A stretch of DNA of 64,000 nt, taken from an uncultured Bacteroidales bacterium (GTDB taxonomy: Bacteria; Bacteroidota; Bacteroidia; Bacteroidales; Paludibacteraceae). Shown piece by piece: positions 36,397 to 46,440 of the stretch. Position numbers and translations under genes: made by a program. The notes beneath the pieces were generated by a model. The model worked only from the letters and a program-made list of their open reading frames with translations. It did no database searches and was not told the DNA's origin. The stretch covers positions 2,004-66,003 of the forward strand of contig CAMOJP010000001.1 of assembly GCA_946617165.1 (NCBI GenBank), given 5' to 3'. How positions within the stretch are numbered: the stretch's first letter is position 1; the number at the start of each line of letters is the position of its first letter.

Positions 36397-39300
36397 ATGA
36401 AGAAATTATTTACTTTCTTGGCCGTATGTGTGTTCAGTATTGCCGCGATGGCAAATGTACACGTTAGCGGTACAGTCGTTGATGAGAAGGGGGAGCCTGT
36501 TATTGGTGCCAGTGTGCTGGTAAAGGGTTCCACAAGCGGTACTATCACCGACTTTGATGGTAATTTTGAATTTGACGTTCCTGACAAAGCTGTACTTGTA
36601 ATCAGTTACGTAGGTATGAAGAACCAGGAACTCGCGGCCAAGCCCAAGATGAAGATTACTATGGTGGAGAACACCGAAGTAATCGAAGAAGTTGTCGTTA
36701 CAGGTATGGTTAAGCAAGACAAGCGTCTGTTTACCGGTGCTACAACGAAGTTGGAGGCAGAAGAAACGATGCTGTCCGGTATGGCTGATGTCAGCCGTAG
36801 CCTGGAAGGTCGTGCTGCCGGTGTGAGCGTGCAAAACGTTAGTGGTACCTTTGGTACTGCACCTAAGATTCGCGTGCGTGGTGCCACCTCTATTTATGGT
36901 GCATCCAAACCGTTGTGGGTAGTGGATGGCGTTGTATTGGAAGATGCTGTCGAGATGAGCGCCGACGACCTCAGCAGCGGTGATGCCAAGACTCTGATAG
37001 CCAGTGCTATTGCAGGTATCAATGCCGAAGATATCGAAAGCTTCCAAATTTTGAAAGATGGTTCTGCCACCTCTATTTACGGTGCGCGCGCTATGGCAGG
37101 TGTCATCGTCGTTACTACCAAACGTGGTCAGGCCGGCAAATCCAGCCTCAACTACTCCTGTGAGATGACATATCGTATGCTGCCTTCCTACTCAGACTAT
37201 AACATCTGTAACTCACAAGAACAGATGGGTATCTATAAAGAACTGGAGCGCAAAGGTTGGCTTGAGTACTCTTCCCTGTCGTCTGCCAAGAACTATGGTG
37301 TATACGGTAAGATGTACGAGTTAATCGGTAAAGCAGAAGGTGGCGGTGTCGGTTTGGAGAACACTATTCACGCGAAGAATAACTACCTCCGTAAAGCCGA
37401 GTTCCGTAATACCGATTGGTTCAAAGAGCTCTTCAACCACACGGTTATGCACAACCACTCGCTCTCTTTCTCAACAGGTACAGAGCGCGCACGCGTATAT
37501 GCATCCCTTTCTGCTATGCAAGATCCGGGTTGGTACAAAGCTAGCGAAATGGCCCGTTTCACTGGAAACATGAACGCCAGCTTCGACATTTTGCCAAGCA
37601 CATCCAAACAGAAGCTGACTGCCAGCATTGCAACCATGGGTAGTTACCGTAAGCAAAAAGCTCCCGGAACGATTGCAGCACAGACAGACCCTATTTCCGG
37701 TGCCGTTAGCCGTGAGTTCGATATCAACCCGTTCTCATATGCTATGAACACTGCCCGCGTAATGGATCCTAAAGAGAACTATCGCCGCAACTACTGCGAC
37801 TTCAATATTAATGACGAGTTGGAGCAAAACTACATTGACATTAAGGTAACGGACCTTAAGTTCCAAGGCGAGTTGAACTACAAACCTATTCGCGGACTGG
37901 AATTCAATGCCCTTGCTGCCATACGTTATCAGATGAGCCGTCAAGAGCACAACATCAAAGATAAGAGTAACCAGGCTCGCGCATATCGTGCCGGTGTAGA
38001 TCCTGAGGATAATACGGTTCGTGAACGTAACACTTTCCTCTACACGGATCCGGATAACCCATTGGCATTACCTGAGACCGTTATGCCTAAAGGCGGTATC
38101 TACGACCTCACTGAGTATTCATTGCTCTCATCGGACTTCCGCGGTACGGTTAGCTATAACGCTGACCTCGGTGCTAACGGAGACCACATCCTGAGCCTCT
38201 TCGGTGGTGGTGAATTGAACTCAACCGACCGCCAATACACTTGGTTCCGCGGTTGGGGTTACCAATATGAGAACGGTGGTGTACCTTATAACGACTACCG
38301 TCTGTTCAAACAGAGTCAGGAAGAGAACAGCCAATACTACTCTAACGACTTCACATACTACCGTAACCTCGCCTTCTTCGGAATGGCAACCTATTCATAT
38401 AAAGGACGTTACACCATCAACGGTACAATCCGTTATGAAGGAACGAACAAGTTGGGTAAATCGACTTCCGCCCGTTGGCTTCCTACGTGGAATGTCAGTG
38501 GTGCATGGAATGCACACGAAGAGCGTTGGTGGCAGCCTACATTTGACAAGTGGTGGACCTACGCAAGTTTGAAGGCCAGCTACTCACTGACAGCTGACCG
38601 CGGACCGGCAAGTGTTAGTAACTCACTCGCCATCTTCACCAGCTACTCACCGTTCCGTCCTACAGCAAGCGCTTCTGAGACGGGTATCCAGCTCTATGAC
38701 TTGGAGAACTCAGAACTGACTTACGAGAAGAAACATGAGTTGAATATCGGTGTCGCTTTCGGTTTCATAGATAACCGGATCAACCTGGAGTTCGACTGGT
38801 ATCTGCGTAATAACTACGACTTGATTGGTCTGGTACAGACAATGGGGGTCGGTGGTTCGACTACCAAACTGGCTAACGATGCGACCATGCGTTCTACCGG
38901 TTGCGAGTTCACCCTCTCCACTGTAAACGTCAAATACCAAGACTTCAAGTGGACGACCGACTGGATTTTCTCGTGGGCGGACAATAAAATCACCCGTTTG
39001 CAGTCCCAACCGCAGATTTACGAACTCGTTTCAGGTTCAAGCGGTTCACGTCGTGAGGGCTATCCGGTCGGAGCTATGTTCAGTATTCCGTTCGCCGGCC
39101 TGACCGAAGAAGGTCTTCCTACATTCTACGTAGATAAAGAGCAGAAAGTGACTGCCGGTCCCGGTTCGTATGACCTCATTAACTTCCAAGAATATGAGGA
39201 TATCGACTGGCTGAAATACGAAGGTGTTGTGGACCCGACTATCACAGGTTCGTTTGGCAACACGTTCTCTTGGAGAGGTATTAAGCTGAACGTATTCTTC

Positions 39301-39762
39301 ACTTACAGCTTCGGTAATGTACTTCGTCTGGACCCGCTTTGCTATGTGTATAGCAGCCAATACAGCGACCTCACCGCAAGTATGAAGGAGATGAAGAACC
39401 GTTGGGTTGTGCCTGGCGACGAAGCGCATACCACTATCCCGACTATCGCTACCAAACGTCAGTATCAGGAAATTGACAACCTCTACTGGGGCTATTCTGC
39501 ATATAACTACTCTACCGAGCGTATTGCCAAAGGTGACTTCATCCGCCTCAAAGAGTTGTCAATCAGTTACGACCTGCCTAAAAAATATCTGGAGAAACAG
39601 AAAGTCGTTCAAAACTTCGGCGTTAAGCTCACTGCTACTAACCTGTGGTTGGCTTATGCAGATAAAAAACTGAACGGACGTGACCCGGAGTTCTATAACT
39701 CCGGTGGTGTAAGTTCTCCGAACCCTCGTCAGTTTACATTAACGGTTAAACTTGGTTTCTAA
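36397..39762 (+). CDS. SusC/RagA-family TonB-linked outer membrane transporter
   Basis: Signal peptide, a carboxypeptidase-regulatory-like domain (VSGTVVDEKGEPVIGASVLVKG), a plug, a 22-strand-type barrel, and a terminal TLTVKLGF. Confidence 0.9.
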   Translation: MKKLFTFLAVCVFSIAAMANVHVSGTVVDEKGEPVIGASVLVKGSTSGTITDFDGNFEFDVPDKAVLVISYVGMKNQELAAKPKMKITMVENTEVIEEVVVTGMVKQDKRLFTGATTKLEAEETMLSGMADVSRSLEGRAAGVSVQNVSGTFGTAPKIRVRGATSIYGASKPLWVVDGVVLEDAVEMSADDLSSGDAKTLIASAIAGINAEDIESFQILKDGSATSIYGARAMAGVIVVTTKRGQAGKSSLNYSCEMTYRMLPSYSDYNICNSQEQMGIYKELERKGWLEYSSLSSAKNYGVYGKMYELIGKAEGGGVGLENTIHAKNNYLRKAEFRNTDWFKELFNHTVMHNHSLSFSTGTERARVYASLSAMQDPGWYKASEMARFTGNMNASFDILPSTSKQKLTASIATMGSYRKQKAPGTIAAQTDPISGAVSREFDINPFSYAMNTARVMDPKENYRRNYCDFNINDELEQNYIDIKVTDLKFQGELNYKPIRGLEFNALAAIRYQMSRQEHNIKDKSNQARAYRAGVDPEDNTVRERNTFLYTDPDNPLALPETVMPKGGIYDLTEYSLLSSDFRGTVSYNADLGANGDHILSLFGGGELNSTDRQYTWFRGWGYQYENGGVPYNDYRLFKQSQEENSQYYSNDFTYYRNLAFFGMATYSYKGRYTINGTIRYEGTNKLGKSTSARWLPTWNVSGAWNAHEERWWQPTFDKWWTYASLKASYSLTADRGPASVSNSLAIFTSYSPFRPTASASETGIQLYDLENSELTYEKKHELNIGVAFGFIDNRINLEFDWYLRNNYDLIGLVQTMGVGGSTTKLANDATMRSTGCEFTLSTVNVKYQDFKWTTDWIFSWADNKITRLQSQPQIYELVSGSSGSRREGYPVGAMFSIPFAGLTEEGLPTFYVDKEQKVTAGPGSYDLINFQEYEDIDWLKYEGVVDPTITGSFGNTFSWRGIKLNVFFTYSFGNVLRLDPLCYVYSSQYSDLTASMKEMKNRWVVPGDEAHTTIPTIATKRQYQEIDNLYWGYSAYNYSTERIAKGDFIRLKELSISYDLPKKYLEKQKVVQNFGVKLTATNLWLAYADKKLNGRDPEFYNSGGVSSPNPRQFTLTVKLGF

Positions 39763-39775
39763 AATTGCTTGAGAT

Positions 39776-41479
39776 ATGAAAAAGATTAATATATTTGTAT
39801 TTGCTACATTGACGCTCGCTTTAACGGGTTGTAACTTCTTAGACAAGAACCCGGACATGCGTGCTTCCATCGACTCCAAGGAGAAAGTACAACTACTGCT
39901 TGTTAGTGCATATACGCGTGCCAACTCCGGCGCTATCTGCGAGTTTTCCTCCGACCAAGTCGCGGATAACAACGCACCTGATGCTACCGGACACTGCTAC
40001 GCGCTCAACCCGTTGGATAAGATGTATGACGAGATATTTGCTTGGGAAACCATCAAATCCGACGGTAACCAGGACTCTCCTAAATATATCTGGGATGCAT
40101 GCTATACAGCTATCGCAACTTGTAACCAAGCCCTTCAAGCTATTGCTGAATTGGAAAAGCAAGGCATCAACATGAACGCCGAGAAAGGTGAGGCTCTTAT
40201 CAGCCGCGCTTACCACCACTTTATACTTGTTAATGTGTTCTGTCAGGCTTGGAAAGACGAAGAACGCAGTAAACAGGACTTAGGTATCACTTATATAACA
40301 GAGCCGGAGACTACCGTCGCTCCACATTACGAGAGAGGTACTGTCTATGATACGTATATGGCTATTAAAAAGGATATTGAGGAAGGTCTTCCTTTAGTGG
40401 ATGACAGCTACTACTCCGTTCCTAAATATCACTTCAACACAAGAGCTGCACATGCGTTTGCTGCACGTTTCTATCTCTATATTCGCGACTATGACCAAGT
40501 AATCACCCACGCTAACCAAGTGCTTACTACAGACGACCAGACGACTCTCGCTTGCCTATACGATGCAACTAAGGGACGTGAATTAGGTGACCCGTACCAA
40601 GAACAGAAACTGTGGATTGACCCGACCGGACCATGGAACTTACTGCTCTACACCACGATGTCGCAAGTGCCTTATACCGTTATCCCCGACTACGGACGTT
40701 ATCAACATACCAAAGAAGCAAGCGACTACTCTACACTTGGAGATGGTCCATGCTGGAAGAAACAATGGCCGGGATTCCCACTCTGGATGTACGACCAACA
40801 ATATGGTTGCTTCTGTGCTAAATTCTTATACCTCTTCGAATATACGGATAAGGTGAACGGATATGGATTTATCCACGGCGTAACACGTGCATTCACCACC
40901 AACGAGACTCTCCTTTGCCGAGCTGAAGCTAAAATCTTCAAAAACGACCTGACTGGTGCGGCTAACGACCTGCGTCTCTGGGCTCAAAGCTACAAAACCT
41001 CCCGTATGGACACTTTGGCTAATGGTGATGTCAACCTGTCAGTTGCTAAAATCAGCAACTTCTACAACGCATCAAGCAATAAGAATTATGCACCTACTCT
41101 GCATAACACAGACATGAGTCCCAAATTCACCGTTAGTGCGGAACAAAGACCGCTCGTACAATGCGTTCTGCACTTCCGCCGTATTGAGACCCTGCACGAC
41201 GGACTCAGATGGCACGATATCAAACGATATGGAATCGAGATTACGCACAAACGCGGTACAGAACCTGTTCGTACACTCGTTTGGAACGATGACCGACGCG
41301 CTATACAGTTGCCACAAGATGTCCGCATGGCGGGTATGACCGCTAACCCGCGTGTCAACATGGGTGACCACGTCAGCAACGAAGCAGTTTCCGCGCCTGC
41401 TCCTACAGAAAACGGACCGGATATCAAACTGCCTTTCATCGACTTCACTGTGGGTTTAACTAAATTAGAGAAGGAGTAA
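39776..41479 (+). CDS. SusD/RagB-family nutrient-binding lipoprotein
   Basis: Lipobox LTGC, a TPR-like helical protein, directly downstream of SusC. Confidence 0.85.
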   Translation: MKKINIFVFATLTLALTGCNFLDKNPDMRASIDSKEKVQLLLVSAYTRANSGAICEFSSDQVADNNAPDATGHCYALNPLDKMYDEIFAWETIKSDGNQDSPKYIWDACYTAIATCNQALQAIAELEKQGINMNAEKGEALISRAYHHFILVNVFCQAWKDEERSKQDLGITYITEPETTVAPHYERGTVYDTYMAIKKDIEEGLPLVDDSYYSVPKYHFNTRAAHAFAARFYLYIRDYDQVITHANQVLTTDDQTTLACLYDATKGRELGDPYQEQKLWIDPTGPWNLLLYTTMSQVPYTVIPDYGRYQHTKEASDYSTLGDGPCWKKQWPGFPLWMYDQQYGCFCAKFLYLFEYTDKVNGYGFIHGVTRAFTTNETLLCRAEAKIFKNDLTGAANDLRLWAQSYKTSRMDTLANGDVNLSVAKISNFYNASSNKNYAPTLHNTDMSPKFTVSAEQRPLVQCVLHFRRIETLHDGLRWHDIKRYGIEITHKRGTEPVRTLVWNDDRRAIQLPQDVRMAGMTANPRVNMGDHVSNEAVSAPAPTENGPDIKLPFIDFTVGLTKLEKE

Positions 41480-41483
41480 AATT

Positions 41484-42383
41484 ATGAAACGTATTCACTA
41501 TATTTGCCTTATTGCCCTGATTGCAGTAGGATTTACATCTTGTAAACAAGACGAGTTTACAGACACTATCTTTGTGGACCCCGTTGAGGATACAGAGGCT
41601 TATACTAAAGAATTTGACCAATGGCTCAAGGTGCACTACACCGACAAGTACAACGTGGAGTTCCTGTATAAGCTGGACGATAACGGTACCGACCCTAACT
41701 TCAATGTCGTTCCCGTCAGCCTCGGTAAAGCAGATACGCTTGCACACCTTGCACTCTATCTGTGGTACGACGTCTATGACTCTGTTGCAGGTCCCGGTTT
41801 TATCAAAGAGAACGGACCGAAAATTATCCAACTCATAGGCTCTGCCATGATTATGGCGTCACAGCACACAGAGAAATTAGGTTATGCCGAGGGCGGTAAC
41901 AAGATTACGCTCCTTAAGATTAATCGGATGGAGACCAATAATATCGACCAACTTAACGAGTACATCTTCAAAACGATGCACCACGAGTTCTCGCACATCC
42001 TTCACCAACAGAAAGTCTATCCGAAGGAGTTCAGCCAAATCAATCCGGAGGACTATGACCCTAACCGTTGGCAAGACCGCGCAGATACAACCGCATGGCA
42101 ACTCGGATTTGTTTCGCCATACGGAAGTAGCCAGACACGTGAGGACTTCGTAGAAACAATCGCTAACTATATCGTTAAACACGATACTGCATGGAACTAC
42201 ATGATGGAGAAAGCCGGACCGGTAGGCGGACCTATCATCAACCAGAAACTGGACATGTGCCGCACATGGCTCGCCGATAAATGGGGAATTGACTTGGACG
42301 CAATGCACGCAGAAGTGCAAAAACGCCAGAACAACCTCGATTGGGATATGATTATGAGTCTCGGATTCTTGGACGAAGAGTAA
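41484..42383 (+). CDS. Substrate-import-associated zinc metallohydrolase lipoprotein
   Basis: Lipobox FTSC and HEFSH (HExxH). Its position directly after SusD is typical of this family. Confidence 0.72.
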   Translation: MKRIHYICLIALIAVGFTSCKQDEFTDTIFVDPVEDTEAYTKEFDQWLKVHYTDKYNVEFLYKLDDNGTDPNFNVVPVSLGKADTLAHLALYLWYDVYDSVAGPGFIKENGPKIIQLIGSAMIMASQHTEKLGYAEGGNKITLLKINRMETNNIDQLNEYIFKTMHHEFSHILHQQKVYPKEFSQINPEDYDPNRWQDRADTTAWQLGFVSPYGSSQTREDFVETIANYIVKHDTAWNYMMEKAGPVGGPIINQKLDMCRTWLADKWGIDLDAMHAEVQKRQNNLDWDMIMSLGFLDEE

Positions 42384-42410
42384 TGTTACACGCTTTTAAT
42401 CACTACGAAT

Positions 42411-43748
42411 ATGAAAAATAGTTATATTATACTCTTAGCTTTTGCATTAGTCTTTGCGGCTTGTAGCCGTGACGAAGAAAGCCTGTTCGAGCAATCGGCT
42501 GCGCAACGTATTGAGTATGCACTCAACAACGCAACCGATGTACTTACACATGCCGAGAACGGATGGGAAATGCTCTATTTCCCTAACCCCGTAAGCGCAG
42601 GTTATACCGTACTCATCAAGTTTGACGAACACGGACAGGTATTAGCCGCTTCACGTAACCCGCAAACAACAAAGAACTCATACAAAGAAGATAACAAAAG
42701 TACGTGGGCTATACGCGCTGACTACGGACCTATATTATCTTTTGACACCTATAACGAAGTGATACACGCTTGGGCTGACCCGCAAGACGACGGTGACGGT
42801 TATCTCGGTGACTACGAGTTCCTCATCCTTGAGGCTACGCCGCAAAAAGTGCGCCTCAAAGGTAAAAAGCACGGGGCTTACTGCGAACTGTATCCGCTCG
42901 GGAAGGATGTTAGCTGGACGGGATATTTCGACGAAGTATATAAACTCCGTGACCTCGTCGTTACTAAAAACGACGGCGCAGAATTTAACTTCGTCAGCGG
43001 TAGCGATACACAACACATGTACTATAGCGGCGGCATCATGATCGTTAATATCGAAGAAGGCATCATCTATCCTTTCGTTATACGTCCTAATGTCATCACT
43101 TTCTATAACAAAGGTATGGAAGCACAAGGAGGTAATGCGATTAACTTCAAGGTTAACGACACACAAACGGCACTCATTTGCACCGATAGCGGTGTCAATG
43201 CGCAGTTCGTTCCGGCACTCACTATCGCGGAAATCCTCAATAGTAAACTGGACCACCGCGTACAGTGGATTATTAACAAGACGGATATGGGCTCTGCAAG
43301 CAAAACAACCTATAACACCATCGTTAATGCTGTCAAAGCATCAGGAGGTTCACTTAGTAACATCAAACTGCAACGTGTAGATAGCGTAAAAATTGACGAT
43401 ATTGATACTATTGATTATAAAGTAGATCGTCTCAATATAGAGTTCAACGGTTCTAATGGTCTTACTCAAGCTTTCTTCATTATGGACTTCAAACTCAACG
43501 AGACCTCGCTCACCTACTCCTATAAGTATCCGTCTGGAGAACCGGGAGCCGAGGCTGCTGCTCTTGAGTTCCTACAACGAGCCGGAGGAGGACCCGGGAA
43601 AGAAGCTATCGGACTGCAACGACTCAAAGAACTTATCACTGGCTCATTTAATGTCACCAGTGCTTCCGGATCGACCCTTAATGCACAAGAATTATACATT
43701 ACAGGTACAAATGATTCTAACAAGCGGTTGAAACTCACCGCAAGATAA
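42411..43748 (+). CDS. DUF4302-like lipoprotein
   Basis: Lipobox FAAC. The N-terminal motif LFE.SAAQRI........L....NGW.M.YFP, and its position after the metallohydrolase lipoprotein, match my memory of DUF4302. Confidence 0.6.
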   Translation: MKNSYIILLAFALVFAACSRDEESLFEQSAAQRIEYALNNATDVLTHAENGWEMLYFPNPVSAGYTVLIKFDEHGQVLAASRNPQTTKNSYKEDNKSTWAIRADYGPILSFDTYNEVIHAWADPQDDGDGYLGDYEFLILEATPQKVRLKGKKHGAYCELYPLGKDVSWTGYFDEVYKLRDLVVTKNDGAEFNFVSGSDTQHMYYSGGIMIVNIEEGIIYPFVIRPNVITFYNKGMEAQGGNAINFKVNDTQTALICTDSGVNAQFVPALTIAEILNSKLDHRVQWIINKTDMGSASKTTYNTIVNAVKASGGSLSNIKLQRVDSVKIDDIDTIDYKVDRLNIEFNGSNGLTQAFFIMDFKLNETSLTYSYKYPSGEPGAEAAALEFLQRAGGGPGKEAIGLQRLKELITGSFNVTSASGSTLNAQELYITGTNDSNKRLKLTAR

Positions 43749-43784
43749 TTAACTTAATTATTAACTTAAAAAACAAACACTACA

Positions 43785-45695
43785 ATGAAAAAATTGATTT
43801 CACTTTTGAGCGTGGCTCTGTTGGCAACTAGTGTTTTCGCCATCCCCGCCACCGGAAAGAAAATGACTGACCAAACAGTTCTTCCTGCGAACATTCAAGT
43901 CAGTCGCAGTTCTAAAGCTCTTAACGCACAAGCGCTTCAAGTTGCTAACGCACCTAAAACATATGATGTTCAACGTGCGGCTATTCCTGTTGCAAAAGCA
44001 ATGCAAGCTACACAAGAAGCTCTGCCTAAAGCTTTCTATTACAAACCTATCGGTTCGTATTTCTGCGGTATCAATAATGATGAGAATTTCATTCCTCACG
44101 TATTTGATGTATATTATCCGACAGTCATTGGTTCTTGGTTGAACGGTTATGAGTATTGGACATGGCCTAACTTGGCTACCAATGCAACATCTCTTACCTA
44201 CGTCACTTCATTAGACCAACGTGGTTATAAAGGATATGGCTGGACTGTTGATAAAAATATGAACTTCGTTGATTCATTAACTGCAACTTATTTCGGAGAT
44301 CCAGCATATCTGTTCAGCTATCGCATGCCGGCGCAAATCGCTACTAACGAAGCTGGTAAAGACACCTTCTTCCTCTATGGCCCCGGTACAGCCCGTCCTG
44401 ATACATTAACAAAGGAAGTCTGGACAATTGGTGGTATGTTAAACCCTTACAATTCTGATGGTCTTTGGCCTTTGACCAATGCCATGTTCTCTACTCCTAA
44501 ATACGGAGACAGACAAGGTGCTATTTGGAATTTGGATGCAAATAATAAGCGAGTTGAGTTTATCTACGGTACAGAACCGATTGCTCTCCTTGCACAAATT
44601 GATACAACATTCGCCGCCGACAATGTAACTATTGAGAAGTTAGATTCCATTTATGATACTATCCAACCTGCTGCATTATGGACTAACTATCAAAAGCCGA
44701 TGTCACCACTTTATGTTAAGAATATTACTGTCGCATTATGCAATGTCGACTTTAACACTGGCAAACCTGCATATGAAAACATCCAAATTGATACACTCCG
44801 CCTCGCTATTTTAGACCAGAACGGCAAACCTATCGCAACTTCTGTAGCAACATATTTGGACACCGCTAAAACATACTACTACCCCGGACAAACGGTTACC
44901 TTCAAAATTCAAGAGCAAGATGTTTATGGAACAATTTTTGAGGGCGTAACGCTCACCGACAGATTCTCGATTGTAATCACAGGCTTAGATCGCCCTGCTA
45001 ACAGATTTGGTATCTGGAGCGCTTTGGATCCGTATTTCGGAGGTCGTCAAAACTACGTATATGACACTGAACTTAACAGTCACCAATATGCTGCGTTTGA
45101 TCCGTTCATCATGCTTAATGGTACCTTCTATACAATGGAGCACGCTATGGCTTCTATGTACGCAGGATTTAGAGGAACTAAACCTGAATATACAGGCGAC
45201 ACCATTAACGTAAAAGTTGATTACGATGAAACGTATGACGAATATTCAGTAAGCCACGCTGACGGAACATTTAAAAATTATGTTCCATTGATCCGAGCTA
45301 CTGAACTGCTCTATGATACCGTTTCAATGCAGTATAACTACAAAATCTATGCTCCGGATTGGGCTATGTTCGATATGGACTATGATTCCAACCCATACAA
45401 CGACGCATCAGACGCTACATGGTGGAGCGAGTTTAACGCATACAACCTCTACATTTGGGGTGACGCTTCTGACACTTCTGTGGACGCTCCTGCTGTAGGC
45501 GACGAAATCAAACTTGCACGCTACGGACGTGAACTCGTCTTCAAAGTTGTTGAAGTACAAGAGAAACCCGAAGGTATCAGTAATGTTGTAAAAGGCGTTA
45601 ATGATGGCAAACTCTACAACGTGCTCGGTATCGAAGTGGATAAAGACTACAAAGGTGTAGTTATCCGCAACGGTGAGAAATTCTTACAAAGATAA
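43785..45695 (+). CDS. Hypothetical secreted protein (636 aa) with short C-terminal tag
   Basis: SPI signal peptide and no lipobox. No recognised domain. C-terminus is NDGKLYNVLGIEVDKDYKGVVIRNGEKFLQR. Confidence 0.6.
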   Translation: MKKLISLLSVALLATSVFAIPATGKKMTDQTVLPANIQVSRSSKALNAQALQVANAPKTYDVQRAAIPVAKAMQATQEALPKAFYYKPIGSYFCGINNDENFIPHVFDVYYPTVIGSWLNGYEYWTWPNLATNATSLTYVTSLDQRGYKGYGWTVDKNMNFVDSLTATYFGDPAYLFSYRMPAQIATNEAGKDTFFLYGPGTARPDTLTKEVWTIGGMLNPYNSDGLWPLTNAMFSTPKYGDRQGAIWNLDANNKRVEFIYGTEPIALLAQIDTTFAADNVTIEKLDSIYDTIQPAALWTNYQKPMSPLYVKNITVALCNVDFNTGKPAYENIQIDTLRLAILDQNGKPIATSVATYLDTAKTYYYPGQTVTFKIQEQDVYGTIFEGVTLTDRFSIVITGLDRPANRFGIWSALDPYFGGRQNYVYDTELNSHQYAAFDPFIMLNGTFYTMEHAMASMYAGFRGTKPEYTGDTINVKVDYDETYDEYSVSHADGTFKNYVPLIRATELLYDTVSMQYNYKIYAPDWAMFDMDYDSNPYNDASDATWWSEFNAYNLYIWGDASDTSVDAPAVGDEIKLARYGRELVFKVVEVQEKPEGISNVVKGVNDGKLYNVLGIEVDKDYKGVVIRNGEKFLQR

Positions 45696-45731
45696 GGCAA
45701 ACTGATATTTAAGAGTTTTTTCCTCTACAAT

Positions 45732-45766
45732 AGGTCGTCAACAATGCGTTTGACGGCCTATTTTTA
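45732..45766 (+). terminator. Rho-independent terminator
   Basis: AGGTCGTCAA-N8-TTGACGGCCT followed by ATTTTTA. Confidence 0.7.
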
Positions 45767-45866
45767 TCGTACTCCCAGCGTACTTCCAGCGTACTATTAT
45801 CGACCTCACAAAAATCAACAAAAAGTTAACATTTTTTTCCACTATTGGCGAAAAAATACAAAAATA

Positions 45867-45898
45867 TTTGTATATTCAAAAAAAAAGCAGTATCTTTG
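45867..45898 (+). promoter_or_regulatory. Promoter of the Cys-rich protein / lipoprotein / TBDR / DUF4249 operon (-33 TTTG / -7 TATCTTTG, 20-nt spacer)
   Basis: TTTGTATATTCAAAAAAAAAGCAGTATCTTTG, 21 nt upstream of ATG 45919. Confidence 0.55.
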
Positions 45899-45918
45899 CA
45901 GGCGAAAACTCTGATTTT

Positions 45919-46395
45919 ATGGAAGATGTAACCTATTACTGCCGGAAATGCGGAGCAAAACTTCCGCTTAACGCCGACGCCATACTTAAACACTACGAGA
46001 AAAACCATTTCTCGGATTGGGCGGCAAATAAAGACCTCATCGCACGGATGCCTAAAGCGTTCGTCGTAACATCTACACAAAAGGTACAAACCGTCAAAAA
46101 TGTACAGAAAAACGTAGCTGCCGAAGCCGAGGCTAACAAACCTATCGAAAGCCCGGATACCAAAGAAACCATCGCTAAGCGGGAGGCGAACAAGGACGCT
46201 ATCATGGAGAGACTCAAAAAATGTGCGGACAAACAGCAGTACAAACTCAAAGAACCTTACACCTGCGAGTGCTGCGGAAGACAACTCAATATCGGGATGA
46301 TTATCCTCTGCGCAAGAGAACGTTTCACACTATGCTACGACTGCTATAACGTAACACGTTTCGCTATCCCGCATAAAACAAGAGAAATGAAATAA
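45919..46395 (+). CDS. Small cytoplasmic Cys-rich protein with two putative zinc-binding modules
   Basis: 158 aa with no signal peptide. N-terminal C-X2-C-X13-H-X4-H (YYCRKCG...KHYEKNH), a K/E-rich linker, and C-terminal C-X-CC-X11-C-X7-C-X2-C. Start moved downstream of the -7 box. Confidence 0.5.
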   Translation: MEDVTYYCRKCGAKLPLNADAILKHYEKNHFSDWAANKDLIARMPKAFVVTSTQKVQTVKNVQKNVAAEAEANKPIESPDTKETIAKREANKDAIMERLKKCADKQQYKLKEPYTCECCGRQLNIGMIILCARERFTLCYDCYNVTRFAIPHKTREMK

Positions 46396-46440
46396 TCGTG
46401 CCCGAAAGGGCTAAAAAATCAATAAAATACTAACTCCATT

